Source: Takakia lepidozioides
Taxonomy: Eukaryota; Plantae; Bryophyta
NCBI GenBank assembly: GCA_030704615.1
Contig: CM060731.1
Coordinates: 56,854,001 to 56,918,000, forward strand
DNA: 64,000 bases
Direction of reading: 5' to 3'
Below are positions 62,186 through 64,000 of the stretch, one piece after another. The notes under the pieces are model-generated. The model had not been told where the DNA came from. It searched no databases and saw nothing but the letters and a program-made list of their open reading frames with translations. A program made the translations under genes and the position numbers. The first letter of the stretch is position 1. Each line of letters begins with the position of its first letter.

Positions 62186-64000
62186 GTACGCTCCTTTCAT
62201 CTCAGAAAGGATATGTAGCTCTTCAAATGAGAACGATCTAGAACTATCCCTTAACTAGTCTTGTCCGGAATAATATTTCTGATATTTCCATAAGATTTGT
62301 GACTGCGAAATAACTCGTCTCCTCCGACATTCTCATTCCTGCGGGGCTCTTGAGGCGAGAGAGGGGTAGTACTGCATGCCTGGCAGTTATACAGAAGGTG
62401 ATTGAGGCCAGCAATGCTAAAGTGTTCAATTACATTTGTCCGAGAATAAAAGCAATCTCCTACTGCCACAGGTCAAGGACATTGGTTATATATATATTCA
62501 GTCTACATTTCAAGTGGAGCGATTCTTCTGCTGTCGGTGCTAGAAAGATGACTATGCTGATGTGTTTCACCTCTAGTTTGTGGTCTTGTTTCCCTTCAAC
62601 GCAACATTGGCAAATTATCTCGTAACGCTGAGAGAGGCAGAGACTCAAATGAAATGAAATGAATGGTGCTTTATAACGTCCGCGGAAAGCTCATAGAGCT
62701 TATGGGACAAAATTGAAGAAAACATGAGAGAGGAAACAAAACCAAAGCCAATCTGAATAAGAACTATTGTTCGAGAGATTGTCTAAGGGTGAAGGCCTCG
62801 TGCAGGTAAGCTGCCAAGCATTTCTGATAAAAATAGTGGAAGGCTTCAGTGAGAGATTGGGTTCCACAGAATAGACAGTGGAATCTCCCACGGATCTCGT
62901 AGTATAGATGGCAATAGAAGAAAGAATGAAATGTATCACTTCTGCGCTGAGGCCACTAGGAGTGTGGGACCAAAGTACAGAAGAGGGGCAGGGGAGTTAT
63001 TTCAGATCAATGTCACGGGCATTGTTCGAGCAGCTGAATTGAAAGAAGTTTGTATATTGTGGGGGTTCACAATTTTCGCTCATGAGTGGTTTTTGTTAGT
63101 GTCAAGGCCCAAACTTCTGTTTGAAAATTTGATACTTCCCCCCACGGGCATGTGCCACAAGTAGGTCAACTAGCCTTCGATAGATAAAAGAAAGGTACTA
63201 CTCAACGAACAAAAAGGATCATGAAGCCTGGCCTACATCGCCCCACACACTCTCAGAGCATCCGATTGAAGGATTAAGTGCCATTTGACTCTGGCTTTGC
63301 ATTGTCAGTCTGCTAATCGAGCAGAGGAGGAAAGAGTAACCCACGAAGTCACCTGGCGTCCCTTGTGCCTGGGAAACTCTTGTGTAACGGTGGTTGACAT
63401 ATGCCATTGCCTCCATATTCTACTCTAAGAAAAATTTCTATATGCTGTGTTTGGGAACTTCTGTGCAGGAATATGTGACGGCTGAAGTGTTCTCTCTGTG
63501 CAGAGGCGAGCAGGAAGTGGATGTATGTCTCAGATTTGAGCAAAGCCCAACCGAAGGAGGTGCTGAAATTTCCACCGTCATCCCTTTTGTATTAATCTAA
63601 ATGGACTACGTTTGTACTGGATAGGCTTTCCTAGATGAACTGATCCTTGTGACTTTGTAAAGGATATGGGGATCATAATCCTTGTCAGTAATGTGGACAG
63701 GTTCTGCCACTGCTCCCAAGTGATGTATTAAGCGAAAGCCCTTGTGCGAAGGTAGTTTTGGTGTCACTGGAAGGCCCCAAAAGGCCTGGTACTCTACTTC
63801 TGTATTGTCCAGCCACATGGACATTATATTCACTTCATTGTTACTTCTTGAGATGAATCTGGTAGGAATTTAACACACTTATGAAGAGAGAGAAAATCAA
63901 CCATAGTTTTGTCCCCCCAAATTTCGGTTGAGGCCTGAGAATCGTGTACCTTATCAGTCTTCCCTCAATTGTTCTGTGCATAAGAAAATAAATAATCTCA

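Overview
Eukaryotic nuclear DNA from a land plant. The PLS-E-DYW PPR editing factors, PARP16-like gene and Penelope-like retroelement suggest a non-flowering lineage (inference). The left ~34 kb is a rearranged accessory region. It holds an apparently perfect 3.14-kb inverted duplication (1-3143 / 19800-22942) carrying a DYW pseudogene and a captured DNA primase exon; a Gypsy integrase remnant; a Penelope-like RT split into two head-to-head halves with no C-terminal endonuclease; a degenerate full-structure Copia element; two paralogous loci joining an OSB-type PDF ssDNA-binding motif to a PPR/E/DYW RNA-editing module; and a Crinkler-like P-loop NTPase + PD-(D/E)XK nuclease gene with a stop and a frameshift. 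The right ~30 kb is more ordinary: an intact 7-exon DNAJA (J2/J3-type) gene with a heat-shock element, a WEX/WRN-exonuclease-like gene disrupted by a chromodomain Gypsy element, an intact 5-exon PARP16-like mono-ADP-ribosyltransferase, a second intact WEX-like exonuclease, and LINE and SINE remnants. The best candidates for new biology are the PDF-PPR-DYW fusion family, the plant Crinkler-like NTPase-nuclease and the twin-priming-like Penelope insertion. All family assignments come from motif recognition by eye; no database searches were run.
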